From contig JBEKTF010000004.1 in assembly GCA_049516355.1 (NCBI GenBank), forward strand, positions 1,931 through 65,930: a stretch of 64,000 nt of DNA. The letters are read 5' to 3'. Of the stretch, positions 1 to 8,680 are shown piece by piece. The notes under the pieces are model-generated. The model was given only the letters and a program-made list of their open reading frames with translations, was not told the DNA's origin and did no database searches. This stretch comes from Bryobacteraceae bacterium. Lineage in GTDB: Bacteria; Acidobacteriota; Terriglobia; Bryobacterales; Bryobacteraceae. Made by a program: the position numbers and the translations under genes. The first letter of the stretch is position 1; each line of letters starts with the position of its first letter.

Positions 1-71
1 ATCGCAGTATATTACTAACGTATACGAAGTGCGGCCACAGCCCTGTTGCCATTAGGCTGTTGGAAATGCAA

Positions 72-289
72 GGCGCAGGCCAAAAGGCCTACTCCACACG
101 AGCTCTCCATGACACTTCGTTTCGTGGGGCTGGGTCTCCTGCCCTGGAGTTGACGACCTCGTCGGCTTTCTCAGCTTGTTGATTCTACGAGAGTCGGGCG
201 AGGGCGCCCGACTCGGCTCAGGGGAGCCGCCCCACAGAATTTGCACGTTTCTGGAAAAAGTAAGTGGAGATTGGGCGTTTTCGCCTGCG
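72..289. repeat. MITE-like intergenic repeat, copy A
   Basis: Bounded by imperfect inverted ends GGCGCAGGCCAAAAGGCCTACTCCAC (72-97) and GTGGAGATTGGGCGTTTTCGCCTGCG (264-289). The interior (~100-262) matches the reverse complement of ~9749-9895 by eye (TTGATTCTACGAGAG, CACAGAATTTGCACGTTTCTGGAAAAA). The 83-aa and 93-aa track ORFs here are read-through of the repeat. Confidence 0.6.
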
Positions 290-311
290 TTCCAGGCTTG
301 CAAAGATACTT

Positions 312-2039
312 TTAATGCTCATGCGGGAGAGCGATCGCGTGGCCGGTCGGGTGAAGGATCGCCGGGGGCTCTTTCATCCACATTGAAAACAGCACTCCGG
401 CAACCACCACGACAAGCGTGCCGATCACGTTGTACCAGAGGAACGCGATATGCGTGAACAGGGAGCACGCGACGATTGCGGCTTCGCCCGTCAGCATCGC
501 CCAGAATGCGGCTGAGCCTCGCACCCGCTTGAAAAAGAACGCGAGCACGAAGACTCCCAACAAGACGGGGTAAAAATAAGATCCCACCTGATTTACGGCC
601 TCGACCAGCGATCCCAGGTTTTTTGCGTATTGCGCGAACATGACCGCCCAGGTGCCCCAGATTGCGGTGCAGATCCGCGAGACCATGAGGTAATGCCGGT
701 CGCTTTCGTCGGGCCGCAGCAGACGGCGGTACAAGTCCATGACGCTGACCGCGGCGAGCGAATTCAGTTCTCCGGAACTGGATGACATGGCGGCGTTCAA
801 TATGACCGCGATCACGAGTCCAATCACGCCGGCGGGGAAATACTTCGTAACGAACGACAGGAAGATATAGTTGGTGTCGTTGAATCCGTTTTGCCCCTGC
901 GACTTCTCATAGAGCTTGATGCCGGATTGGCGCGCGCTATCGATCTCGCGTTGCGCTGCCCGATAAGCTTCGGTGGAAGCGGCCAAGTTCTGTGCGTCGT
1001 CGCGATTACGGGCGGCATTCAACGCCTCGGCCGCTTGCTCGCGCTTATGCCACGCCGTGTCGAATCTGCTTTGTACTTGAGGATATTCAGCCTGGGACTG
1101 GATCGCCTTCATGGCCGTCTGTTCGAAGAGTATCGGCGGTTGCGCGAACAAATAGAACACGAACACCATCGCGCCCACAAAGAGGATGAAGAACTGCATC
1201 GGCACTTTCGCCATGGCGTTGAACAACATGCTCAGCTTGCTCTGCGCCACCGATTTCCCGGTCAGATAGCGCTGCACCTGAGACTGGTCGCATCCGAAGT
1301 AACCGAGCATCAGGAACGTGCCGCCCAGCAGGCCGCTCCACAGGTTGTAACGGTTGTCCCAGTCCAGCTTCGTATCGATCGCGTTGAGTTTGCCCACCGC
1401 TCCCGCGAGATACACCGCATCGCTGAAACTCACGCCATGCGGCATGAGCGAGATCACGGTGAAGAGGGCGAGAATCAGGCCGGCGAAGATGATGATCATC
1501 TGCATGACGTCGGTCCACGTGACGGCGGGGATGCCGCCCATCGTTGTGTAAAGCACGCAGACGATGCCGATCAGCAAGGTCGTGACGCGGTCGTTCCAGC
1601 CGAAGATGACGCTCATAACGATGGCGGGGGCGTAGAGCGCCAGACCCACGGCCGCGCCGCGCTGGATCAGGAAGACGATTCCCGCGAGCGCGCGCGTTTT
1701 GACATCGAAACGGCGTTCGAGGAATTCATAAGCGGTGTAGACGCCGGCCTTGTGAAAGATTGGGACAGCCGTGGCGGCGAGGATCACCATCGCGATCGGC
1801 AGGCCGAAGTAAAACTGCACGAAGCGCATGCCGTCGACGTAAGCCTGGCCGGTGGTTGCGATGAAGGTGATCGCGCTCGCCTGGGTCGCCATAATGGAAA
1901 GGCCCATGGCGTACCAGGGCATGGTTTTGCCCGCGAGCAGATAGTGGCTGGTGGTGGTGCCGCCGCGGCCGCGCCACAGTCCGAAGCTCGGAATCGCAAT
2001 GATGGCCGCGACCATCACAATCCAGTCGAGGGTCGTCAT
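312..2039 (-). CDS. sodium:solute symporter (SSF) family transporter
   Basis: Polytopic membrane protein with SSF-like N-terminus (TSHYLLAGKTMPWYAMGLSIMATQASAITFIATTG). Start moved to the ATG at 2039 (MTTLDWIV), which overlaps the stop of an upstream small ORF as ATGA. Confidence 0.85.
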   Translation of the reverse strand: MTTLDWIVMVAAIIAIPSFGLWRGRGGTTTSHYLLAGKTMPWYAMGLSIMATQASAITFIATTGQAYVDGMRFVQFYFGLPIAMVILAATAVPIFHKAGVYTAYEFLERRFDVKTRALAGIVFLIQRGAAVGLALYAPAIVMSVIFGWNDRVTTLLIGIVCVLYTTMGGIPAVTWTDVMQMIIIFAGLILALFTVISLMPHGVSFSDAVYLAGAVGKLNAIDTKLDWDNRYNLWSGLLGGTFLMLGYFGCDQSQVQRYLTGKSVAQSKLSMLFNAMAKVPMQFFILFVGAMVFVFYLFAQPPILFEQTAMKAIQSQAEYPQVQSRFDTAWHKREQAAEALNAARNRDDAQNLAASTEAYRAAQREIDSARQSGIKLYEKSQGQNGFNDTNYIFLSFVTKYFPAGVIGLVIAVILNAAMSSSSGELNSLAAVSVMDLYRRLLRPDESDRHYLMVSRICTAIWGTWAVMFAQYAKNLGSLVEAVNQVGSYFYPVLLGVFVLAFFFKRVRGSAAFWAMLTGEAAIVACSLFTHIAFLWYNVIGTLVVVVAGVLFSMWMKEPPAILHPTGHAIALPHEH

Positions 2040-2179
2040 GCAAAGTAACGGGTGAACGCGTAGAAGAGCAGGATCAACAGCGCGAGCCAGGCCAGCACCA
2101 GAATATAGACGTTGCGCCACTTCCCGAGGAACGGAGGGGGCTCGCTGTCATAGGCTTCGGGAGGTAGTCGGAACCTCAT
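2036..2179 (-). CDS. small single-TM protein translationally coupled to the symporter
   Basis: Own translation of the minus strand gives MRFRLPPEAYDSEPPPFLGKWRNVYILVLAWLALLILLFYAFTRYFA (47 aa), below the ORF-track cutoff. One hydrophobic helix. The stop overlaps the symporter ATG (ATGA). Confidence 0.45.
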   Translation of the reverse strand: MRFRLPPEAYDSEPPPFLGKWRNVYILVLAWLALLILLFYAFTRYFA

Positions 2180-2265
2180 GCAAACAAGCTTATGCCAGGC
2201 GATCTCATGCTGTCCGGGCGATCCGTTACCGCTCCTTGCAGTCGCGGCTCAGTAAGCTACCAAGT

Positions 2266-3057
2266 TCAAGCGAGAAGTTCGCCGCGCAGGACGGTCACCG
2301 CCTGACCCGACATTTGCACGCGGTCTCCCTCCAGCCGGACCTTGACGACGCCCCCGCGGGCGGATGCCTGGAAACCGATCATCTCAGTTTTTTTGAGGCG
2401 AGCGCCCCAGAACGGTGCCAGAGCGGAATGCGCGGAGCCCGTCACGGGGTCTTCATCAATGCCCGATCCGGGCGCGAAGAAGCGCGAGACGAAATCGAAT
2501 TCCGGATTTTTGGATTTCGCGGTCACGATTATGCCGCGTACAGGGAGCTGGCGCAACAGAAAATGATTCGGATTGAGCGAACGCAAGGCGGCCTCGTTGG
2601 CAACCTGGACGAGGTAATCGAACTGGTTGCGCCCTACCCAGGCGAGGTCGGTTCCGAGCGCGTCGGCGAGTTGTGAAGGGGCTTCCGAAGGCTCGGCGAG
2701 TTTTACGGGAAAGTCCATCTCGATCCAATCGCCGTTGCGCTTGCAGGTGAGCAAACCGCTGCGGGTATGGAAGCGCGCTTCGGCACCCGGCGCGAGATGG
2801 CCGTCTTCCCAGAGGATGTGGGCGCTGGCGAGCGTGGCATGGCCGCAGAGATCCACCTCGATCGCCGGGGTCAGCCAGCGAAGGCGGTAAGCGCCATTTT
2901 CGGGATGAAGGAACGCGGTCTCGGAGAGGTTCATTTCGCCGGCGACATTGCGCATCCATGTTTCGTCGGGCGCGGAGGGGAGCACGCACACGGCGGCCGG
3001 GTTCCCCGAGAAAGGCTGGGACGCAAACGCATCCACATGGGCGATGCGGACTGGCAT
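2266..3057 (-). CDS. PhzF-family isomerase-like protein
   Basis: MPVRIAHVDAFASQPFSGNPAAVCVL N-terminus and DLCGHATLA motif are typical of the PhzF/YddE family. Start taken at MPVRIAH. Confidence 0.75.
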   Translation of the reverse strand: MPVRIAHVDAFASQPFSGNPAAVCVLPSAPDETWMRNVAGEMNLSETAFLHPENGAYRLRWLTPAIEVDLCGHATLASAHILWEDGHLAPGAEARFHTRSGLLTCKRNGDWIEMDFPVKLAEPSEAPSQLADALGTDLAWVGRNQFDYLVQVANEAALRSLNPNHFLLRQLPVRGIIVTAKSKNPEFDFVSRFFAPGSGIDEDPVTGSAHSALAPFWGARLKKTEMIGFQASARGGVVKVRLEGDRVQMSGQAVTVLRGELLA

Positions 3058-3087
3058 GACTTCATCACAGCACATGATGCCCCGTGT

Positions 3088-3116
3088 ACCGGCGGCCGAG
3101 ACCGCCGGCGTTACCT
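3088..3116. repeat. 29-nt hairpin repeat, copy 1 (ACCGGCGGCCGAGACCGCCGGCGTTACCT)
   Basis: 7-bp stem CCGGCGG/CCGCCGG with a 6-nt loop. 28/29 identical to 15644-15672. Lies 16 nt upstream of the thiG ATG. Confidence 0.6.
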
Positions 3117-3131
3117 CTGTAAACTGGAAGC

Positions 3132-3908
3132 ATGTCCCTGACGATATCCGGGCGGACGTTCCGTTCGCGTCTTATGATCGGCACCGGTAAGTACCGGAGT
3201 TTCCCTGAAATGGCGCGGTGCCATGCGGCCTCCGGCGCGGAGATTGTGACGGTTGCGGTGCGCCGCGTAAACCTGACCGACCGGAGCAAAGAATCGATGC
3301 TCGATTACATCGACCGCGAGCGTATGTTCATTCTGCCCAATACGGCGGGCTGCTACACGGCCGACGATGCGATTCGGACGGCGCGGCTCGGACGTGAAGT
3401 CGGACTTTCCAATTGGGTGAAGCTCGAAGTGATCGGCGATGAGAGGACGCTATTCCCGGATAACGCCGGTCTGATCGAAGCCACGCGCGTGCTGGCGAAC
3501 GAAGGATTTGTCGTGCTGCCTTACACGAATGACGATGTGGTGAACGCGCGCCGTCTGATCGATGCGGGCGCCGCGGCGGTGATGCCCCTGGCTGCGCCGA
3601 TCGGATCGGGCCTCGGCATCCAGAACGTCACGAACCTGCGGATCATGCGGGAAATGATCACTGAAGTTCCGCTGATTGTGGATGCGGGCGTGGGCACGGC
3701 GTCGGACGCCGCGATTGCGATGGAACTGGGCGCGGATGGGATCCTGATGAACACGGCGATCGCCGCCGCCGCCGATGCGGAGAAGATGGCGCTCGCGATG
3801 AAGCTGGGGGTCGAAGCCGGAAGGCTGGCTTACGAAGCGGGGCGGATGGAGAAGAAGCTCTACGCCAGCGCCAGCAGCCCGTTGGCCGGAGTCGTAGGAA
3901 GAAGCTGA
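3132..3908 (+). CDS. thiG: thiazole synthase
   Basis: [36 protein letters not shown] is the characteristic ThiG N-terminus. Length 258 aa. Confidence 0.9.
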   Translation: MSLTISGRTFRSRLMIGTGKYRSFPEMARCHAASGAEIVTVAVRRVNLTDRSKESMLDYIDRERMFILPNTAGCYTADDAIRTARLGREVGLSNWVKLEVIGDERTLFPDNAGLIEATRVLANEGFVVLPYTNDDVVNARRLIDAGAAAVMPLAAPIGSGLGIQNVTNLRIMREMITEVPLIVDAGVGTASDAAIAMELGADGILMNTAIAAAADAEKMALAMKLGVEAGRLAYEAGRMEKKLYASASSPLAGVVGRS

Positions 3909-3915
3909 TGGTTTT

Positions 3916-3992
3916 TGGTGGCGGAGGGGAGACTCGAACTCCCGACCTACGGATTATGAGACCGTCGCTCTAGCCAGCTGAGCTACCCCGCC
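3916..3992 (-). tRNA. tRNA with CAT anticodon (elongator Met, or Ile2 if lysidinylated)
   Basis: Reverse complement reads GGCGGGGTAGCTCAGCTGGCTAGAGCGACGGTCTCATAATCCGTAGGTCGGGAGTTCGAGTCTCCCCTCCGCCACCA, a cloverleaf with loop CTCATAA, a T-loop TTCGAGT and an encoded CCA. 1-72 is paired and there is no GGG/CCC anticodon stem, so it is not an initiator. Confidence 0.9.
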
Positions 3993-4040
3993 CGACCAGA
4001 TAACGATTCTAACATTCACCGCATGAGAGACTGAATAGTA

Positions 4041-4432
4041 GCAGGCGCCGGATGGATAGCCGCTCGTTCCGATTTGATTTCAAGCCGGGCGGGAGGAAAG
4101 TCCGGTCTCCACAGGGCAACGTGCCGGCTAACGGCCGGGGGGAACCTCTCAAAGGGGTTTTTACGGAAAGTGCCACAGAAAATATACCGCCGGCGCCGTC
4201 TTAAAAAAGCGGCGCGGGTAAGGGTGAAATGGTGCGGTAAGAGCGCACCGCGGACGGAGTAATCCGTCCGGCAGGGTAAACCCCACGCGGAGCAAGACCA
4301 AATAGGGGAGGAGGAGCGGCCCGCTCCGTTAAACTTCCGGGTAGGTCGCTCGAGCCGTGCAGCAATGCCCGGCCAAGACGAATGGCTATCGCCCGCAAGG
4401 GTACAAAAACCGGCTTATAGTCCGCGCCTGCC
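4041..4432 (+). ncRNA. rnpB: RNase P RNA, bacterial type A
   Basis: Conserved blocks GGGAGGAAAGTCCGG, GTGCCACAGAAAA, GGTAAGGGTGAAA, GGTAAACCCCAC, AGACGAATGGC and ACAAAAACCGGCTTATAG. P1 pairing is GCAGGCGC (4041-) with GCGCCTGC (-4432). Ends are approximate. Confidence 0.9.
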
Positions 4433-4457
4433 AGACTTCAGTAACTAATTGCGAGCC

Positions 4458-4500
4458 AGCCGGACGGGGGCGTCCGGCGCCGACCGTGGGGTCCGCCCTA
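4458..4500. repeat. fragment related to the MITE-like repeat core
   Basis: GCCGGACGGGGGCGTCCGGCGCCGACCGTGGGGTCCGCCCTAC resembles GCCGACGGGGGCGTCGGCCGCGGGACAGGGGTCCCGCCCCAC at 9845-9886. Confidence 0.4.
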
Positions 4501-4510
4501 CTATTCCGCA

Positions 4511-4545
4511 AATAAAAAACCGGCCGGGCTTTCACCCGGCCGGCC
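4511..4545 (-). terminator. rho-independent terminator of the OmpA-family gene
   Basis: 9-bp GC stem CCGGCCGGG (4520-4528) / CCCGGCCGG (4535-4543) with a 6-nt loop, followed on the minus strand by TTTTTTATTT. Lies 25 nt past the stop at 4570. Confidence 0.75.
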
Positions 4546-4569
4546 TACTTCAGTCAGTTAGTTGAGGGA

Positions 4570-6429
4570 CTACCTGGGGCAACCCTTCGCCTGGATGGCC
4601 GGTACCGGCGCCGGTTGCAGACCGGGTACGTTTGGTCTGTCGGAGCCGCCGGGGATGAACCAGACTTCGACGCGCCGGAATTGCGCGCGCGCATCGGTTG
4701 CGCCCTGGCCGGAGCGTTCCTTGACGGAATTGTCGGCGAACGGCATGGGCGGATCGGTCTGATCCGTTCCGGCATATGCTACCTGGACTCGGCTGAGGTC
4801 GAGTTGCGGGCAGATGCCCTTTCCAGCGCTCAGGACCGCAGCCGTGTTGAGTACACGCTGCGTATCGAGAGTAGCCGCGGCGCGCCCGGTCTCGCTCATA
4901 TCGCGGTGGCCAATCAGAATCACGGTTGAATTCGGATCGGCGCGCAGCTTCGGCGTCAGAACTTCGATCAGATAACGCTTGGCGGCGTTATTTACCCGCG
5001 AACTACGATTCGGGAACACGATGTCCTGCCTCTGCGCGGCCCGCTTGAAGGTGACCGTAACATTTGCGTTGGCGCTGGCTGTCTGATTCTTCGTATCGGT
5101 GGCGGTGGCGGTGAGGGTCACCGCTTTCTGCTGCAAGCCCGCACCGTTGGGATCGAAGGTCATGGTGGAAGAATCGAACGTATTTCCGGTAACGGTTCCA
5201 TCGTTCGCGGTATAGCGAATCGTGGCCGGCCCGCCGCAATCGGAAGGGGTTACCTGAGCGTTCAGAGGAAGCCTGTCGCCATAAGCGATGGTGGTCGGGT
5301 TAACGGCGAAGCGGATGGTCGGAGGTGCGAGGTTTTTCACCAGAATGTTGACGGGGCCCGACGATGCGGTGGCACCGCCGGCATTGACCGTCACGCGGAC
5401 AGCCTTATTCCCGGAACCTTCCGTGGTCGGCAGATTGAACGCAGGGCCTCTGCCGCCGGGCGCCGGCTGATTGTTGACGGTCCACTGGTAGACGGGAGTC
5501 GTGCCCTGCGCCCACCCTTCAGCCGATACTGAGAGACGAATGTTGTCGCCGGGGCAAACGTCATGCGCGCCCTGAATCGCCGTCACCGTGATGGTTACCG
5601 GTGGCGGGGGTGGGGGTGGAGGAGGAGGCGGCGGCGGTGCGGCCGCTACGGGCGGCGGCGGCTCGTGGTATCCGAAACGGAAGGAGACGCCGACCGTAAA
5701 CGCCAGCGCGCTTTCGTCCCGGTTGCGCGATACGTAGAGTGTGCCCGGCCCAAGGCCCGGCCCGACCGGAGAGGACGGCAGGCCGTAACTCGCAGGCATG
5801 GTGCGTAAGCCCCGGAGATCGTAGGTGAAGCCAAACCGGCGGTTCATATAGTAATCCGCGCCGATACCATAGACCAACCCGGCGTACGACTTCGACTGCA
5901 ACGTCTGGCCGGCTTGAACAGCGATCGGGCCGTTGGGCGGCTGCTGGACCGAGCCGCTCGAGGTGTACTGAACCAGTGCCGGCCCCACGACAAAATACGG
6001 GCGGAATTTCGCGTCGCGCGGCGTAAGATTCAAAACGGCCAACAGCGAATACTGGGCGTTACGCGAACTGACGGTGACAAAATTGTTGTCTCCGGCAGGT
6101 TTCAACGCCAAACGGTTGAAACCCAGAGTGAAGGCTTCTTCGAGTGAAACATACTTTGTCAGGTTTTCCTTTATGCGCACACCGGTCACGGGTTTGGTTT
6201 CGAAGAAGTGTTCGTATCCCAGGTTGTTACCCTGATAGACCTGAAACCACTGCGTGCCGAAGAAAAAGCTGACGTCCACCAGGGAATAACCGCCCTCCTG
6301 AGCTTTCGCAGCAGCATTCCCGGCTGCCGCATTCTGCGGAAAAGCAGGACCTGCGGTCACGAGCGCCGCGAAGACCGTGAGCAGGAGGATGCGCGATTGG
6401 AACTGGTTGGACTTCGACCTCGTTATCAT
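4570..6429 (-). CDS. OmpA-family outer membrane protein with poly-Pro hinge and inserted Ig-like region
   Basis: Signal peptide, then a beta-barrel-like N-domain ending RFGYHEP, then PPPPVAAAPPPPPPPPPPPPP, then ~200 aa of Thr/Val-rich repeats (VTITVTAIQG.., VRVTVNAGG.., ANANVTVTF). C-terminal OmpA-like peptidoglycan-binding block (NNAAKRYL..ILIGHRD..RRVEVWF). Confidence 0.8.
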   Translation of the reverse strand: MITRSKSNQFQSRILLLTVFAALVTAGPAFPQNAAAGNAAAKAQEGGYSLVDVSFFFGTQWFQVYQGNNLGYEHFFETKPVTGVRIKENLTKYVSLEEAFTLGFNRLALKPAGDNNFVTVSSRNAQYSLLAVLNLTPRDAKFRPYFVVGPALVQYTSSGSVQQPPNGPIAVQAGQTLQSKSYAGLVYGIGADYYMNRRFGFTYDLRGLRTMPASYGLPSSPVGPGLGPGTLYVSRNRDESALAFTVGVSFRFGYHEPPPPVAAAPPPPPPPPPPPPPVTITVTAIQGAHDVCPGDNIRLSVSAEGWAQGTTPVYQWTVNNQPAPGGRGPAFNLPTTEGSGNKAVRVTVNAGGATASSGPVNILVKNLAPPTIRFAVNPTTIAYGDRLPLNAQVTPSDCGGPATIRYTANDGTVTGNTFDSSTMTFDPNGAGLQQKAVTLTATATDTKNQTASANANVTVTFKRAAQRQDIVFPNRSSRVNNAAKRYLIEVLTPKLRADPNSTVILIGHRDMSETGRAAATLDTQRVLNTAAVLSAGKGICPQLDLSRVQVAYAGTDQTDPPMPFADNSVKERSGQGATDARAQFRRVEVWFIPGGSDRPNVPGLQPAPVPAIQAKGCPR

Positions 6430-6481
6430 AGATTCATTCCTCTTTCAGACTTTAATGACTTTTTCAAATTGACCAATGCCC

Positions 6482-8464
6482 TCACCTGGAACTACGAACC
6501 ACCAGCCCATTACGCACCGGCGGAGTTCCTGCCTCCACTTCAACGCTGTTCGATAACACGCCGCGTCTGGGGAACAGGGCGAAAAGACGATCGGGAGCTT
6601 CAGGAAGAATAAACAGCGAGGCGGGCCAGGAAAGGCCGCGGCCTTCGTCGTCAAGGGGGAACCAGTTCTGCCCCCGATCGGTGGAACGGAAAACCCTGCC
6701 GCCCTGAGCGGCATAAGCCTCGCCTTCGTGTGTGGGATGAAACAACACGATGCTGACGGTCTCCGGTAGCAATCCAGTGGCCTTTACCCAGGACAAGCAC
6801 CCGTCGGTTGAACGGAACAACCCCATCGAAGTCGCCGCGAGCGCCGTTCTTTCATCACCGGCAACGGCGCCGCCATCAAACGCGAGTCCGTACCAGATCG
6901 TGCCCGCCGCGGGTTGGGCGCAGGCTTTCCAGGTGACGCCGGCGTCCGTGCTCGCAAATGTTCCGTGAGCGCTCATAGCCGATATCGTGTTTTCGCCGGA
7001 GCGTTCGAGAGCGTTGATGCCCCCGGTATTGCCAGCCGCCAGTTGCCAACCGATACCATCCGTGCTCCGGAAAAGACCCTGGTCGGTTCCTGCCAGCAGA
7101 ACATTGTGCGCGAGAGCCAGCAGCGAGGTGAGACGGCCAGCGCTTGCGGAAAGAGTTGTCTTGCCGTTCCACGTCTTGCCGCCGTCATTTGACTTAAACA
7201 ATCCGTGATAACCGGCTGCGAACAAAGTTCCGGGCTGGTCAGGCACGGCCGTCAGCAAACGAATATCCTGCCCAGGTTCGCCAGCGGAACGTTGCCAGCG
7301 CAAGCCGTAATTGTCGGTGCGATAGATCCCCCCGGAGCCCGGCTCGAAGACGCTACTTGCGTAGAGGACGCCCTTCGCACCGGTCAGAACCGTAAAATTC
7401 CGGTTCGTGAAACCGGCGTTGGTTTCCCGCAGGGTCTTGCCGCCATCCGTGCTCACCATCAGGCCCGCCGTTGCCGACGCGAAGAAGATGCGCTGGGGAA
7501 CCTGGGCATCGAACGAGATCGACCTCACTGCCTGCGCGGTGACCTGACGCCAGATGCGCCCGCCATCCTCCGACCTGAGCAATCCTTCTGTTGTGCCCGC
7601 GAAGACGATGCGGCTGTTACGCGGGTCGAGAGCGACGAAGTACGTACGAAATGCGCCTTTCGGCGTGGGCAGCTTGTTCCAGTGCGCAGCGCTGTCCTCA
7701 CTCTGATACAAGCCGCTGCAGGCGCTTGCAAACACCTGCGCGGGGTGATGAAAATCGACCTGAATGCTGAAGACGTCGGAATCGTCGATCATCCCCGTAT
7801 GAATCGATTGCCAGGATGCGCCGCCATTGGTGGTGCGCCAGGGAAGATGCGTCGTGCCCGCGTAAATCACATCGCTGTTCATCGGGTCGAATGCAAGAGA
7901 GACTACAGGGCGAAGCTCCTGGTTATCCGGTGAGGAGATTTGCGTCCAATTCCTACCCGCGTCGGAGGTACGATAAACTCCGTCCGCCGTTCCGGCAGCC
8001 ATGATATCCGGATTGGAAGGCCAGATAGCGAGCGACCAGACCGCCTTTCCCTTGATACCCGGCAAGAGTGTCCAGGTACCTCCCGCATCGGCTGTCTTAT
8101 ACACGCCGGAGGTCCATGGATGGTCGCCTTCCATGCCGACATACCAGGTATCCGCGGAGCGGGGGTCGACTTCGAGCGCGTGCAGCGAGCCCGAGGATTG
8201 ACCGTCGAAAGGGATATTAGTCCAGAAAGCCCCGCCATTCCGGGAAAGATACAACAGCCCGTTATGAGCGCCGGCAATTACGAATCCCGGCATTTTGGGT
8301 ACTACACGAATAACTTCCGCATCGCCGCCGAAGGGTCCCGTGGAACGCCAGTCGGCAAAGGCCGTAGTCTGCACAAGCGCAGTGATAACCAGAGTCGACA
8401 GGTACACAAGTGCGGAAGTTTTTGTAATGCGACAGACTGATGCGAGTTTCTTGTTCATCGACAC
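6482..8464 (-). CDS. secreted BNR/Asp-box repeat beta-propeller protein (sialidase/GH74/Ycf48-like fold)
   Basis: Signal peptide plus at least 9 Asp-box motifs (TADAGGTW, SDAGRNW, TNGGASW, EDGGRIW, TDGGKTL, NDGGKTW, TDAGVTW, STDGCLSW, STDRGQNW). Confidence 0.8.
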   Translation of the reverse strand: MSMNKKLASVCRITKTSALVYLSTLVITALVQTTAFADWRSTGPFGGDAEVIRVVPKMPGFVIAGAHNGLLYLSRNGGAFWTNIPFDGQSSGSLHALEVDPRSADTWYVGMEGDHPWTSGVYKTADAGGTWTLLPGIKGKAVWSLAIWPSNPDIMAAGTADGVYRTSDAGRNWTQISSPDNQELRPVVSLAFDPMNSDVIYAGTTHLPWRTTNGGASWQSIHTGMIDDSDVFSIQVDFHHPAQVFASACSGLYQSEDSAAHWNKLPTPKGAFRTYFVALDPRNSRIVFAGTTEGLLRSEDGGRIWRQVTAQAVRSISFDAQVPQRIFFASATAGLMVSTDGGKTLRETNAGFTNRNFTVLTGAKGVLYASSVFEPGSGGIYRTDNYGLRWQRSAGEPGQDIRLLTAVPDQPGTLFAAGYHGLFKSNDGGKTWNGKTTLSASAGRLTSLLALAHNVLLAGTDQGLFRSTDGIGWQLAAGNTGGINALERSGENTISAMSAHGTFASTDAGVTWKACAQPAAGTIWYGLAFDGGAVAGDERTALAATSMGLFRSTDGCLSWVKATGLLPETVSIVLFHPTHEGEAYAAQGGRVFRSTDRGQNWFPLDDEGRGLSWPASLFILPEAPDRLFALFPRRGVLSNSVEVEAGTPPVRNGLVVRSSR

Positions 8465-8680
8465 GATTGCGATTACGGTCGGGCCTGGACCGTGCCCCGA
8501 TGCAATATCAGTTCAAGTTTCGCATATAAGTTGTGCCAAAGACGACAGTTTACCTCACCGTGGCGATTATAAGCCATAAGATCTGGTTAAAATCATACAA
8601 TTCACGCGGCTAGCATGCCACTCGCATGACCGGCATCATAACCCCCGGTATCATAACCATGGAGCAATGGGCGTGGAGCA

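Noticed and set aside
1-40. TATACGAAGT at the window start resembles one arm of loxP.
   Set aside because: It is only a ~10-nt match with no spacer or second arm, which is compatible with chance in an AT-rich patch.
891-2048. Long antisense or shadow ORFs opposite well-supported genes. Examples are 891-2048(+), 21426-22895(-), 27224-28339(-), 33672-34817(-), 50050-51675(+), 52814-53746(+), 31645-32553(+) and 35186-35959(+).
   Set aside because: Their translations are Arg/Gly/His/Pro-rich and low-complexity, which is typical of the reverse strand of GC-rich genes. Each overlaps a gene with clear family motifs.
3058-3131. TPP riboswitch upstream of thiG (the hairpin loop reads CCGAGA and is followed by ACCT, vaguely THI-box-like).
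   Set aside because: It is too short (74 nt) and lacks the rest of the aptamer. The same 29-mer recurs at 15644 in a non-thiamine context.
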